Positions 1-10,298 of a DNA stretch of 64,000 nucleotides are shown here, one piece after another. Source of the DNA: a virus; IMG/VR virus record IMGVR_UViG_3300046314_000711, one strand, 5' to 3'. Within the stretch, counting starts at the first letter, position 1. The number at the start of each line of letters is the position of its first letter. Position numbers and translations under genes: made by a program. Below the pieces are notes generated by a model. The model saw only the letters and a program-made list of their open reading frames with translations, had not been told where the DNA came from and made no database searches.

Positions 1-132
1 TCGATGGTGATGGCGCTAACAATCAAATAAGTAACTTTAGACTAGTGTGATGCATTGTTGCCCACTTTTAAGAGTAAGAATAGAGGTAGAGGTCGTAAAT
101 ACGACCGTGAGTACCAACGCAAGAAGAATTTG

Positions 133-220
133 GGATAAATGGCTGAGTGGTCTATAGCACTGCGCTTGAAACGCAGCGAATCGAAAGGTTCCGTGGGTTC
201 GAATCCTACTTTATCCACCA
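133..220 (+). tRNA. tRNA-Ser(UGA)
   Basis: GGATAAA/TTTATCC acceptor, CTGCG-CTTGAAA-CGCAG anticodon arm, long variable arm, GGTTCGAATCC, CCA. Confidence 0.93.
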
Positions 221-224
221 ATTT

Positions 225-315
225 GGAGTGTATAGACCGACAGGGTTCGGCAGCTGTTTGGAAAACAGTTAACTGACGTAAGTTGGTTGTGATTCGATTT
301 CACTACACTCCTCCA
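225..315 (+). tRNA. tRNA-Ser(GGA) with 8/4 acceptor/T-stem geometry
   Basis: GGAGTGTA/TACACTCC 8-bp acceptor, 4-bp T stem GTGA-TTCGATT-TCAC, anticodon loop TTGGAAA, long variable arm, TCCA end. Confidence 0.85.
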
Positions 316-322
316 AAAATGT

Positions 323-436
323 AGCTGCTCCTGCTGGGTTGGGAGTCCTGAACAGGGTAGTAGCTGTTCGATTCAGTTGTACGTACTGTACGCGTAAATC
401 CACACGGGACGGAGAGGTTCGAATCCTCTAGCAGCT
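323..436 (+). ncRNA. tRNA-like RNA with two T-arms and no anticodon loop
   Basis: AGCTGCT/AGCAGCT closing stem, outer T-arm AGAGG-TTCGAAT-CCTCT, inner T-arm AGCTG-TTCGATT-CAGTT within a GTCCTG/CGGGAC helix. Confidence 0.6.
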
Positions 437-447
437 TCACAGTTAAT

Positions 448-522
448 GCCATTGAAGTGTAGAAAGCGACACACTTGTTTCGTAATCAAGAGAGTGGTGG
501 GCAGGTCACCACAATGGCACCA
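448..522 (+). tRNA. tRNA-Thr(CGU), non-canonical T-loop
   Basis: GCCATTG/CAATGGC, loop TTCGTAA, T-loop GGCAGGT, ACCA. Confidence 0.85.
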
Positions 523-595
523 TCTATAAGAGTTTTCGTCCCCTGCGATAATTCTTTTAAATGGTCTGAAATAGTTTGACTATATAAGATTATAC

Positions 596-741
596 GCCCT
601 GATAGCAAAGAGGATAATGCACTCGCCTTTTCTGAGAGGATACAGACCTCTCTCCACAGGAGATTCTCACGAGTCTCCTGTCCAGGAGGATAACTCCAAA
701 AGGTAAGCGAGAGACCGTCCGTTCGAATCGGACTCAGGGCA
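596..741 (+). tRNA. tRNA-Thr(GGU)-like with 73-nt structured insert in the anticodon loop
   Basis: GCCCTGA/TCAGGGC acceptor, CTCGC-CT-[629-701]-GGT-AA-GCGAG, T-arm GTCCG-TTCGAAT-CGGAC. Confidence 0.8.
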
Positions 742-752
742 CACAAAATTTA

Positions 753-825
753 GCCACCTTAGCTCATCTGGTAGAGTACTGGTTTTGTAATCCAGAGGTG
801 GCCCGTTCGAGCCGGGCAGGTGGCA
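753..825 (+). tRNA. tRNA-Thr(UGU)
   Basis: GCCACCT/AGGTGGC, loop TTTGTAA, T-arm GCCCG-TTCGAGC-CGGGC; no encoded CCA. Confidence 0.9.
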
Positions 826-834
826 CATCACACT

Positions 835-908
835 AGATCCTTAGTTTAAAAGAAGAACTCCATCCTTACACGGTGGTTGCGGCGGGGCGGTACCGTCAGG
901 ATCTACCA
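835..908 (+). tRNA. tRNA-Val(UAC), non-canonical T-loop
   Basis: AGATCCT/AGGATCT, loop CTTACAC, T-loop GGCGGTA, ACCA. Confidence 0.85.
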
Positions 909-915
909 AATTCAA

Positions 916-989
916 GCTCAGTTATTTCAGTGGTAGAATAATTCTTTGGTAAGGAATAGACGGGAGTCCGATTCTCCCACAGAGCACCA
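916..989 (+). tRNA. tRNA-Thr(GGU)
   Basis: GCTCAGT/ACAGAGC, loop TTGGTAA, ACCA. Confidence 0.85.
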
Positions 990-998
990 CACATTTAC

Positions 999-1075
999 AC
1001 GACTGTATCATAACTGGATAATGACCAGCATTGCGAGTGCTGAGTATGGAGGTTCAAATCCTCTCGGTCGTACCA
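999..1075 (+). tRNA. tRNA-Arg(GCG)
   Basis: ACGACTG/CGGTCGT, CAGCA-TTGCGAG-TGCTG, GGTTCAAATCC, ACCA. Confidence 0.88.
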
Positions 1076-1106
1076 ATAAATAAACACACGCAAATTTACA
1101 GAATAT

Positions 1107-1198
1107 GGTGGAATGACAGAGTTAGGCTTATTGTGCGTTCCTGCTAAGAACTGCGCTCCGAAGGGGGCACGAGGGTTCGAATCCCTCTTCTACCACCA
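1107..1198 (+). tRNA. tRNA-Ser(GCU)
   Basis: GGTGGAA/TTCTACC, loop CTGCTAA, long variable arm, ACCA. Confidence 0.92.
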
Positions 1199-1205
1199 TT
1201 CATAT

Positions 1206-1285
1206 CCGCCGGTACGCCGCCTGTCCTCGAAATAGGAGAAAGCTAACTGGATAACATGCAGGTTCGAATCCTGTCCGGCGGTCCA
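1206..1285 (+). tRNA. tRNA-Arg(UCG)-like with rearranged arms (D-loop-like sequence 3' of the anticodon arm)
   Basis: CCGCCGG/CCGGCGG acceptor, CCTGT-CCTCGAA-ATAGG only 7 nt after it, then AGCTAACTGGATAA, canonical T-arm, TCCA. Confidence 0.7.
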
Positions 1286-1364
1286 TTTCGTATCACTTGC
1301 CAACACTATTGGCAGTGGGTATGCTTACTTACTACTAAATAGTCTAAACAACTCTCCCACTAAT

Positions 1365-2492
1365 ATGTCCTCACTACTTCAACGTCTTTCTCTAATGGCT
1401 GGTGTCACTCTCACCGAAGCTCAACTGCTGCCAAAACCCGAGTCGAGTACTTTGGACTCAGCTGATGGTAAATATACAGCTAAAAAGCTTAGTGAAGCTG
1501 CTAATGAAGTTGGTTGGTACGTAACTAATGCAAATGACAAAGAAGTTGCTGGTCCAATGAGTGAACTTAAAGCTAGAGTGAAAGCGAGAGAACTTGGCGG
1601 CGATGCAAACGGATTTGCAGTTAGTTACGTGTCTGATTATGATAATCTCCGGGCGAATGAGAGTACGGAGATTAATGAAGCTGAAGATCACTACTTTTTC
1701 GGAAGAACTTCACACGACAGGTTTAAATCCAAGGCTGAAGAAATCCACGGACCAATCGCCAAGGGTGATCGCAACTCATCTGGCAATACTCCATATTACG
1801 ACAAAGCTGGTAAACAAATCGGTCACCACAGCATTGATGGTGAAGGCGACCACACGTACCGTGTATACGCCAAGCCTTCTGTTAAAGAAGCAACTAACAC
1901 TATGCAACGCTACGGCCAGAAAATCATCCAACGAGCAAAAGAGAAAGCCGCTGCTGAAAAGAAGCTAGAAGCTGCTAAAAAAAGTGTAAAAGAAGCTACT
2001 GGTAGCAACACACCATATGGTGATTTAGCTGACTGGAAAGCTGCAGCAGCTAAAGCAGGTCTCGAAGTTTATTCACAAGGTGCAGCCGATGGTAAATACA
2101 CAGCTAAGAGAGACGGTGAAGTATACGGGCGTTTTAACAAAGAATCTGGTGAAGGTTGGATTCACTCTTCTGCAATCGTGGAGGATGCTAACTATGATGA
2201 CGAAGATGAAGATGTTCCAGAAGGTCCGTTACCACAAGGTCTTGCTGAAATCGCTCGCCATCTTGGCTTCAAAACATTAGACACACGCAATAGTGACAGC
2301 CTCGACTTCAAAGAAGTTTCTGTAGGTGGTGTAAAAAGTGCACTACTAGCTGCGTACAATCTTGGCAAAACACAAGCTACTGCTCAAGCAACGCCTGCTG
2401 AACAGCAGCCGCAGTCTGGCGGTCTTCCAGTACCGCAGGGTCGAACATCTGCTGACCACCAACAGGCAGGCCCTGTTGGCATCGCCCGTTAA
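1365..2492 (+). CDS. Probable late or internal head protein with repeated (L/I/V)xEA motifs; C-terminal DUF6900-like segment
   Basis: TAAATA upstream; LTEA, LSEA, INEA and VKEA motifs; TLDTRNSDSLDFKEVSV motif. Confidence 0.55.
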   Translation: MSSLLQRLSLMAGVTLTEAQLLPKPESSTLDSADGKYTAKKLSEAANEVGWYVTNANDKEVAGPMSELKARVKARELGGDANGFAVSYVSDYDNLRANESTEINEAEDHYFFGRTSHDRFKSKAEEIHGPIAKGDRNSSGNTPYYDKAGKQIGHHSIDGEGDHTYRVYAKPSVKEATNTMQRYGQKIIQRAKEKAAAEKKLEAAKKSVKEATGSNTPYGDLADWKAAAAKAGLEVYSQGAADGKYTAKRDGEVYGRFNKESGEGWIHSSAIVEDANYDDEDEDVPEGPLPQGLAEIARHLGFKTLDTRNSDSLDFKEVSVGGVKSALLAAYNLGKTQATAQATPAEQQPQSGGLPVPQGRTSADHQQAGPVGIAR

Positions 2493-2495
2493 AAT

Positions 2496-2517
2496 GACCC
2501 GCTTAGGCGGGTTTTTT
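2496..2517 (+). terminator. Intrinsic terminator
   Basis: GACCCGC-TTAG-GCGGGTT followed by a T run. Confidence 0.85.
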
Positions 2518-2989
2518 AATGTATCGACCTTTTAAAAAGAACTATATGGTAATCGTAGTGAATTAAACTTTTGATCGATATGATTCTAATATCAAGTGTC
2601 TTGTTGTACTGTGCTGTTCAATGTGGGTTGAATACAATATTCCTTTTGCAGCAAATGCGACGAGTACTTCGTAGAGGGCGATTGCTTGCCCGCTTTGGGG
2701 TGGCAACTATTGTGCTAATCAACACAATCCTAATCATCACACTTGCTGCTATTTCAATCGGTATCCTTTGGTAATTTTAGTGACCAAACTTTTCATCGTT
2801 GTTGCAGGGAATATCGTCAGCGATCTCAATGAGGACGCTCCTAACGCAGTTGAAGTATTTTCATCCTATGAGACAGCGGAAGCATTTGGTGCTCTGTATG
2901 ATTACTATGATGTGAAAGAACGTGATTTGGACCCTGTTGTCCACAACCAGGTATTCAACTAAACTACTATCCTTACTTAAAAGGATTAT

Positions 2990-5134
2990 ATGACAACCCC
3001 AGTCCAATTTGGTGGTCGTGACGCGCGTGTATATCAGGTACTAGCTCGCAATGAGGTATTGCAAGCACTCAAAGATGGTCACAGTCGAATCTGTGTTGTG
3101 TTACCGACAGGTTGCCATGCAGTTGATACGAAAATTTTAATGTATGACGGGTCAATCAAAGCTGTGCAGGATGTTGTAGTGGGTGATAGATTGATGGGCC
3201 CTGACAATCAGCCTCGTAATGTATTGCAGTTGGCTCGAGGTACTGAGCAGATGTATGATATCGTACCTAAGTCTGGTGACGTGTTTAGAGTCAATGGTGG
3301 TCACGTACTTTCGCTAAAAACCGTTAATGAAGGTACGAGTAAATGGCGACAAAGCCCTTGTTTTTTAACAGGAACTGAAGTTGTTAATGTTACTGTTACT
3401 GATTATTTGAGGTGGTCTACTGACAAAAAACGATTGCATAAAGCATATCTAGCTAACAAATTAGAATTTACTGAACAAAATCATAAAATCCCAGCATATT
3501 TAATGGGAGTATACCTCGGGGATGGAAGTAGTCGCTCGGGTGTTAGCATTACTACCATGGATGCTGAAATTGCAACAGAGTTGACAACATTTAATGATCT
3601 ACACAAACTCCGCACGATAAAACGTGAAATGCATACTCCAAATAAAGCGTCTGTGTATTTCCCTGCTGGTACAGGTCGTGTGGGAGATAATCTTTGGAGG
3701 AATGAGCTTAAACAGTTAAGCTTATTTGGGGTCACTTCTCATCATAAATTCATTCCACCTGTTTACAAAATTGGTAGTGTAGAACAGCGCTTGCAGTTGC
3801 TTGCTGGACTGATTGATACAGACGGTTCTGTCTCAAAAAACACAGTAGAGTATACAACAGTTAGCAAACAACTAGCGCAAGATGTGCAATTTGTGGCTCG
3901 TAGTTTGGGCTTTCGGTGCAATATTAAAGTATATGCTCGTAAGAATAATTACATATGCTACACAATGCATATATCAGGTGCGGGTCAAGAACTCATCCCC
4001 ACTCGATTAGCGAGGAAACAATTAACTGCACGAGCACAGCGTAAGGATGTTCTTAAAACGAGTTTTGAGGTCGTGCCTGTAGGTATTGAACAATATTATG
4101 GGTTTACTGTTGATGGGGATAATCTCTATGTTATGGGAAATTTTTTCGTAACCCACAATAGCGGTAAAACACTTACCGCTGGTATTATCATGGTCGCATC
4201 CGAATTACGTACCATTCTTGGTATTCCAGTTGGTCAACCTCTCCGCGTCCTAATGATTGCTCATAGGCATCGTTTACTGAAGCAAGCTGAAGACTCATAC
4301 AGCGCTGCAGGCATTACCGTGATCAAAGACCACAAAAATACGCCATTTCAAGTGGGGTTCACAGGTACTTGCGACAGTGTTGTCGTGTTTAATACACTAT
4401 CTACGTTCAGTGACGTACCAAAGGATCTCTGTTGGGATATTGCCATTTTGGATGAGTGTCATCACGAGAGTTGCCTGACATTTCAATATAAGCTAGAGCA
4501 AATTAGCGCCAAACCGATCATTGGTCTTACAGCAACTCCGTTGAGAGCGGATGGAGTATTGTGCAAATTCTCGAAATTCGTCGAAACGATCTCTCGTGAA
4601 GACGCTGTCGCAGCTGGTTACCTTGCGGATAGTCACCTATATTCATTCATTGACTCCCCAGCCCGTGAGCACGTTGACATGGTGATGGATATCATCAACC
4701 TCAAACAAAGTGTGCTCGGTCAGACGATGGTATTCGTCCGCACAAAGCAGGAAGCGATTGACGTCACCTCTCGTCTCGAAAAGCTGGGACTGACAGCAGT
4801 TGCTCTTGTCAATATCAAGGAAAAAACACTGAACGAAGAACTGGCTAATTTCGAAAAAGGTGCAGTGCAGTTTGTAGTGTCATGCAATAAAATTGGTGAA
4901 GGTACAGATGTCAAGGGTTGTGAGAGTGTGATTATTGGGCGTACTACACAAAGCTTGCCACTGCTATCGCAAGTTATTGGACGCTCGGCACGGAATGATT
5001 GCGAATCTCACATCTATGAGATTATTAACCCACTATCCAACAGCAACATTACAGCTAGTGATATACTGAAGCCGCAGCTGCATGAAATCTGGTACAAAGT
5101 TCGCCAACAGTGGCGTCACCACACTGTTGTTTGA
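2990..5134 (+). CDS. SF2 (DEAD/DEAH-like) helicase containing an intein
   Basis: Walker A LPTG|SGKT split by the intein, DECHH, GLTATP, QVIGRSAR. Confidence 0.9.
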   Translation: MTTPVQFGGRDARVYQVLARNEVLQALKDGHSRICVVLPTGCHAVDTKILMYDGSIKAVQDVVVGDRLMGPDNQPRNVLQLARGTEQMYDIVPKSGDVFRVNGGHVLSLKTVNEGTSKWRQSPCFLTGTEVVNVTVTDYLRWSTDKKRLHKAYLANKLEFTEQNHKIPAYLMGVYLGDGSSRSGVSITTMDAEIATELTTFNDLHKLRTIKREMHTPNKASVYFPAGTGRVGDNLWRNELKQLSLFGVTSHHKFIPPVYKIGSVEQRLQLLAGLIDTDGSVSKNTVEYTTVSKQLAQDVQFVARSLGFRCNIKVYARKNNYICYTMHISGAGQELIPTRLARKQLTARAQRKDVLKTSFEVVPVGIEQYYGFTVDGDNLYVMGNFFVTHNSGKTLTAGIIMVASELRTILGIPVGQPLRVLMIAHRHRLLKQAEDSYSAAGITVIKDHKNTPFQVGFTGTCDSVVVFNTLSTFSDVPKDLCWDIAILDECHHESCLTFQYKLEQISAKPIIGLTATPLRADGVLCKFSKFVETISREDAVAAGYLADSHLYSFIDSPAREHVDMVMDIINLKQSVLGQTMVFVRTKQEAIDVTSRLEKLGLTAVALVNIKEKTLNEELANFEKGAVQFVVSCNKIGEGTDVKGCESVIIGRTTQSLPLLSQVIGRSARNDCESHIYEIINPLSNSNITASDILKPQLHEIWYKVRQQWRHHTVV
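3113..4159 (+). mobile_element. Intein with LAGLIDADG homing endonuclease (349 aa)
   Basis: Starts CHAVDT, ends VTHN followed by Ser; LMGVYLGDG and LAGLIDTDG motifs. Confidence 0.93.
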
Positions 5135-5165
5135 CCCCAACCAACATTTCTAATATAGTACTCGC

Positions 5166-6197
5166 ATGATTTCAAACAAACACTTCCCTATCCTCGACTT
5201 AGTTAAATTTGAGTACGCCCATGTAACTCACATTTCACAGGCTAACATAGACTGTACTATTACTTTGGTTCGTGATGGTGAAGCAGTGAAGTACCCACTA
5301 CCATCTAGCATTTCGTATCGTCTGCGTAAATCAATCGGCAAAGTGGCGAGGTTTGCCACTCCTCACCCAATCTGCGTAGCTTGGGTGGGTGCTCGCATTG
5401 TATGTGCTGAGTGTCCTGATAAAAACGCTCTACTATCTGCTCGCAAGAACCAGTGGAAGAGTCTGATCGAAATTAATGTCACAGCATTTAAACCCCCAAC
5501 AGATGCTTACTTCGATGGTCAATACGTCTACGCGCTAGATGCTGGGCCAGAAGTATTTGATCGTAACTACGGTGTGGTTAAGTTAAGCGCTTGTTTTGAT
5601 TTGTACCACTTAAATGATATCGCATGGACAAATCCAGCACGTGCTTGCTTTGCTTACAAGAACGGACACAATTGGGTCGCTACTGCCCCTTGTACATCAG
5701 CTGCTGGTAGTTTTTTGCAGTTAGTGGTAGATGATGTCAGTGCTAGTACAGCTGCTGTATTTGACTCAATGGCTATGATTGATGCAATTCGCTTTGTCAA
5801 TCTACGCTTTGTTAATTACGCAGCAGGTCGATTAGCTGATGCGTTCGACTTTGAGGCAATTGAGCCGCTAGGTCTGCCGTTACTGATGATTGAGCACGGT
5901 ACATTCAATCTCGGGGAATTAACTCCAACAGTGCAGATGACTTGTCCTGCGCCATTGACATTCTCACAAACACTGGCTTGGTTAATTGGATTGCACCAAC
6001 GTGTGACTACGCTCGATCAGTTCATTACATTGAAAGAAGCAATTAGAATGCTATTGTCTAAAGGTTGCACCCGCAGCGCTGCGGTAATTGGGGAGGGTGA
6101 GGAACTAGCTGACGGTGCTGTAGATCTATCGAAGAATGAGGTTGTGTATTCTGCTCGCAAACAGTTCAACGGTATGGCGGTAGTTCAGTTCGTATAA
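5166..6197 (+). CDS. Hypothetical protein
   Basis: 343-aa ORF, no recognised motif. Confidence 0.75.
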   Translation: MISNKHFPILDLVKFEYAHVTHISQANIDCTITLVRDGEAVKYPLPSSISYRLRKSIGKVARFATPHPICVAWVGARIVCAECPDKNALLSARKNQWKSLIEINVTAFKPPTDAYFDGQYVYALDAGPEVFDRNYGVVKLSACFDLYHLNDIAWTNPARACFAYKNGHNWVATAPCTSAAGSFLQLVVDDVSASTAAVFDSMAMIDAIRFVNLRFVNYAAGRLADAFDFEAIEPLGLPLLMIEHGTFNLGELTPTVQMTCPAPLTFSQTLAWLIGLHQRVTTLDQFITLKEAIRMLLSKGCTRSAAVIGEGEELADGAVDLSKNEVVYSARKQFNGMAVVQFV

Positions 6198-6260
6198 CTA
6201 CGTGTGTTGCCCCCTTTTTCAAAATCCATATAATTGATCAATCTTTTAGGAGTTCTCAAA

Positions 6261-7289
6261 ATGATCGTTCGTACCCCTCACCTGGTTTCTGCTCCTGTTA
6301 GCGAATCTCGTATCGTCCGCAGCAAGTTAATTTCTCCCATCATGAACGATAAGGGATTGATCGGAATGAAAGTTGATAAGTCTTTCGATGTACCATTCGC
6401 TTCCTCGTCAAGTGAAGCTCGTCAGGTAGCAATTGGAGTTGATCCAGTTCAAGTACTAAAGCAGTATGAGAATGGTCTCTTTCACATGGCTGATGATCAA
6501 GTAGTTGACTACCGTCCCAACTCGTATGTGGGATTTGTCCACAACCCAGCCGCCCTAGCTGAGTTAACAGCTCGTATTGGTTTTTTGAAACAAGGTAATG
6601 TCCTTGTTCCACGTAACCGCACTGCCCAATTTGAACACGAAGCATTTGCGAAGGGTGGAGTATTTGATGTTGACGTCGGTTTCCGTTGGAGTGCCTTCTC
6701 ACCAGAGATTGATTCTCATTTCGAGATGATGCGAGCACTGTGCGCTAATCAGATGATTTTTGGTAAAGGTACAGTAATGTCCCGTAGCATTCCGTTGATT
6801 TCAGATTGGCAAGCCAATATGGCTATCAGCAACGACGTTCTGAAACACATCTTCCGCACTACAGTAACAGGTCGGTTGAATGATATGCCAGAAGAACGCG
6901 CATCGCTAGCAGATGCTCGCTTTTTGGAAGCAGAAATTTCTCGACGTCTTACAGATGATGAAAAACTGACAGCAGCCAGTGCCAAGTTCTTGTCAAACTT
7001 GATGGATAAAATGTCGTTTATCAAAGAAGTTCAATTGCCCAAATCACTCACTACTAATGATGTGAAACGTATTCCAGTACCTATGTCGGTATATGATGCA
7101 ATGAACATTGCAACCGAACTATCCACCCACCACAGTGATAACACACCATCGAATAAATTGAAAGCATTTGCCGTGTCGTGTATTTTTGATAAAAAGCGGC
7201 AGTCGAACATTTCTAGTGAAGAAATCTTCACTACAACTAATACATTCAACGATCCGGATCGTGCGTTCTGGGGTGAAACGGTTCACTGA
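6261..7289 (+). CDS. Hypothetical protein (possibly DUF932-like)
   Basis: AGGAG RBS before ATG 6261; MRALCANQM resembles the R.VC.NG motif. Confidence 0.6.
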   Translation: MIVRTPHLVSAPVSESRIVRSKLISPIMNDKGLIGMKVDKSFDVPFASSSSEARQVAIGVDPVQVLKQYENGLFHMADDQVVDYRPNSYVGFVHNPAALAELTARIGFLKQGNVLVPRNRTAQFEHEAFAKGGVFDVDVGFRWSAFSPEIDSHFEMMRALCANQMIFGKGTVMSRSIPLISDWQANMAISNDVLKHIFRTTVTGRLNDMPEERASLADARFLEAEISRRLTDDEKLTAASAKFLSNLMDKMSFIKEVQLPKSLTTNDVKRIPVPMSVYDAMNIATELSTHHSDNTPSNKLKAFAVSCIFDKKRQSNISSEEIFTTTNTFNDPDRAFWGETVH

Positions 7290-7290
7290 A

Positions 7291-7722
7291 ATGCAATTTC
7301 GCAAACGAGACCTAAAGTACTTCAATCGTGCGTTGGGCCTTGCTCATACTAGCACATATGGTGTCAAAAACATCAAGATTGGGGCTACTGTTGTTGACAA
7401 ACGTGGAAATACTTACGATGGGTGTAACAGTAAAAAATCCAACCCACTCCAATATCACCACAACAAGCGGCGATTTGACATGCACATCCATGACGGAATC
7501 ACCCACACTCTACACGCAGAAATGGCAGCAATTAAGTTAGCCATAAATAAGCGTATTGACCTAACAGGTGCATCGTTGTATGTTGCACGAGTGGGTGGCA
7601 AAGAGTCTTCTTACGGAATGTGTAGACCTTGTGCAGCGTGCATGGGTGCTGCTGTTGCTGTTGGAATCACTGATATTTTTTACACAACAGAATGTGGGTA
7701 CGCCCACGAGCGAATACAGTAG
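7291..7722 (+). CDS. Zinc-dependent cytidine/dCMP deaminase-family protein
   Basis: HAE and RPCAAC zinc motifs, KIGATVVD. Confidence 0.85.
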   Translation: MQFRKRDLKYFNRALGLAHTSTYGVKNIKIGATVVDKRGNTYDGCNSKKSNPLQYHHNKRRFDMHIHDGITHTLHAEMAAIKLAINKRIDLTGASLYVARVGGKESSYGMCRPCAACMGAAVAVGITDIFYTTECGYAHERIQ

Positions 7723-7792
7723 CACCTGGTGCTGTATAGTTTCAAGCGAATACGCAATACTACAGGGTGCCAAAAGCACCCTTTACTTTTAT

Positions 7793-8374
7793 ATGATGAA
7801 CATTAATACAAAAATCCTGACCCTGGATATGGCTGGGGTACCTCGACGATGGGAAGACCTTGAAAAGGTAGTTGAATACTATGCGAAAGATAAGATTGCG
7901 TGGGACATTGGTGACTTTACTTACACCATGCGTGGTGGAATTCAACGAACCTCTGGTCTGCAGAGTGAGATTACTGTTCGTAGCATTGTCGCAATCAAAG
8001 GTACGGAGCACTTAGTTGGCAAGGAGCGCACCCCGGTACTCTCTCGTCGTATGTTGTTTTCCCGTGATCAATGCACGTGTGCGTACTGTGGAGTAAAATA
8101 TGACGAACGTCAGTTGGAGCAAGAACACGTCATCCCACGTGCACAAGGTGGCAAGTCTACCTGGACTAACTTGGTGACTGCTTGCTACCACTGTAACGAC
8201 GTTAAAGGCAACCGCACCCCAGAACAGGCAGACATGCCTCTACGATACTTACCTTTTGTGCCTTCAAGATGGGAAATGTTGCTACTGTCCAATCGCAACA
8301 TCTTGTCAGACCAGATGGAGTTATTGATGAGTAAATCAAAACATTTAAGAACACACCCGCGAGGAGGGGTATAA
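7793..8374 (+). CDS. HNH endonuclease (McrA/HNH_5-like)
   Basis: [10 protein letters not shown]...[10 protein letters not shown]...[15 protein letters not shown]. Confidence 0.9.
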   Translation: MMNINTKILTLDMAGVPRRWEDLEKVVEYYAKDKIAWDIGDFTYTMRGGIQRTSGLQSEITVRSIVAIKGTEHLVGKERTPVLSRRMLFSRDQCTCAYCGVKYDERQLEQEHVIPRAQGGKSTWTNLVTACYHCNDVKGNRTPEQADMPLRYLPFVPSRWEMLLLSNRNILSDQMELLMSKSKHLRTHPRGGV

Positions 8375-8376
8375 CA

Positions 8377-8919
8377 ATGACGGTAAATCAAAATTTCGCA
8401 AACGTATTTCAAAATATGCAGAAAATCGTCGAAGATCGGCAAAATGGGATCCGTATGACTGATAGTGTGATTGTATTTGACGACCACCTCAACCCATTAA
8501 GTATTGGATACTCATGTTGTGTTGAGTTGGAAGGAATTACATTCTCGTCTGCTGATCATGCACTTCAGTATCTGCGCGCAATGGCCTTTCAAGATCGTGG
8601 AGCAATGGCACAAATTGCTCATGCACCATCTGCAAAGTCTGCTCGCGCGGTGCAGATTGCTCGATTTAATAACAATGCGTGGCGCAGATATGAACACCAA
8701 TCGATGCAACTCGTTACTAGTGTGAAAATCAAACAAAATAAGGTTGTCAGAGAAGCACTGAAGATGACAGGCTCTAAACGATTAGTATACGCCTCTAAAC
8801 ACGACATTTATTTCGGCTGTGGTCTTAATATGCTTGATGATAATATTCTATACCCACAGTTCTGGTTGGGTCAGAATAAATTAGGACAGATCCTCGAGCA
8901 GTGTCGTAAGTCTGTGTAA
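8377..8919 (+). CDS. NADAR (YbiA/DUF1768)-family protein
   Basis: FSSADHALQ..RA, TGSKRLVYAS.HD.YFGCG, WLGQNKLGQILE. Confidence 0.8.
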   Translation: MTVNQNFANVFQNMQKIVEDRQNGIRMTDSVIVFDDHLNPLSIGYSCCVELEGITFSSADHALQYLRAMAFQDRGAMAQIAHAPSAKSARAVQIARFNNNAWRRYEHQSMQLVTSVKIKQNKVVREALKMTGSKRLVYASKHDIYFGCGLNMLDDNILYPQFWLGQNKLGQILEQCRKSV

Positions 8920-8946
8920 ATACGCATAACATCAATATGCACTGAC

Positions 8947-9822
8947 ATGATAATACAAGAGGGTGGCCACGCAACCGAACAATGGGGTACTACACGTGCT
9001 AATCAAGCGGATATGCAAGCTGCCTTGCAGTTTATGTCTAAAGCATCTGGTATTCCTGTTGAGGAACTGCGCGCTGGGTTGCTTGGTAGTACAGAGCTAA
9101 CTTTGCTTGGATTCCGTCCCGACAGTGGTGATGTCGATATCGCTATTGACCTCAACGAGTATGACATGGCTGAGATACATAATAAAGTTCTTGCTGCTGT
9201 GAGTGGCGAAGGTACACTCGCATCAGGCCTCCGTACTGGCTCGTACGCGTGTCCTGTCGGCAACAATAAAAAGATTCAAGTCGACTTTATGTATTTCGAT
9301 AGTGTTACATGGGCAAAATTCATGTACCATAGCGACGAAGGACGCAACAGCAAGTTTAAAGGTGTTGTCCGCAATCAATTATTGATGGCGTGCGTGCGTC
9401 ACATGATTCACCCAGGTGATATGATCATCAAAAACGAGGCAGGAGACATTGTGGCCCGTGCTAGCCGCTCCATCGATCCCAACAAGGGAATGCGCCGTAT
9501 TTTCAAGATGGTATCAATCAATAAACGCACAGGCGCGCCAAATAAGTCACTGGGTACTGCAACTCCAGCTGAAATCCGCGCTCGTTATCCTGACGCTAAG
9601 TTTATCGATCGTGAAGATTTGGTTAACGATCCCACAACACTTGTTAAAACACTATTTGGTGAAAATATCACACCAACAGATGTTATGACAGTCGAAGATT
9701 TGATCGCAGTTGTTCGTACAAAAATAGCAGACCCTAAGTTACGTGAGGTTATTGGACTCGATGCAGCAGCTCAATTGGATCAGTCTAATATTCCGTATCC
9801 ACTCGCACTTAAAAATCTGTAA
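8947..9822 (+). CDS. Pol-beta-like nucleotidyltransferase, probably a late gene
   Basis: LLGS...DSGDVDIAI and QVDFM motifs; TAAATA upstream. Confidence 0.65.
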   Translation: MIIQEGGHATEQWGTTRANQADMQAALQFMSKASGIPVEELRAGLLGSTELTLLGFRPDSGDVDIAIDLNEYDMAEIHNKVLAAVSGEGTLASGLRTGSYACPVGNNKKIQVDFMYFDSVTWAKFMYHSDEGRNSKFKGVVRNQLLMACVRHMIHPGDMIIKNEAGDIVARASRSIDPNKGMRRIFKMVSINKRTGAPNKSLGTATPAEIRARYPDAKFIDREDLVNDPTTLVKTLFGENITPTDVMTVEDLIAVVRTKIADPKLREVIGLDAAAQLDQSNIPYPLALKNL

Positions 9823-10298
9823 AAATTAATAGTTGCCTACACGATCCAAATCAGGGATACTTGACCCAAGTTTAACTATTTGGAAACATCAATGACAGCT
9901 ATTTCTACGATGCCGAGCCGAGTTATCGCAGCGTATGTGGACTCTCGTTCTCCTCGTACATCGTTTACTCCATCTCAAGTTTCGCACCGCGCTGCATACC
10001 AAGCATTCCTTAAAACTGGTAAGTGGACCACTGGTTGTCCTTTCAAGTTGGAGTGGCCGTTTGTATCGGTGCCAGCACTGTGTCAAACGCGTCTATTGGA
10101 CTATTATTTAACCCAGGACACTGACCTACATAAATAAGTACGCAATCCACCGCCGTTGATAGACTACTTGGAGCACATGATGAGTGTGAATTGTGAGTGC
10201 AATGCTCAGTTAACAATTCAAAACACCAGCTCCATATTCACCCTGTCTATCACATATAGTTGATCCAATTTGGTATCAACGTTTTAACAGGAGAAACT

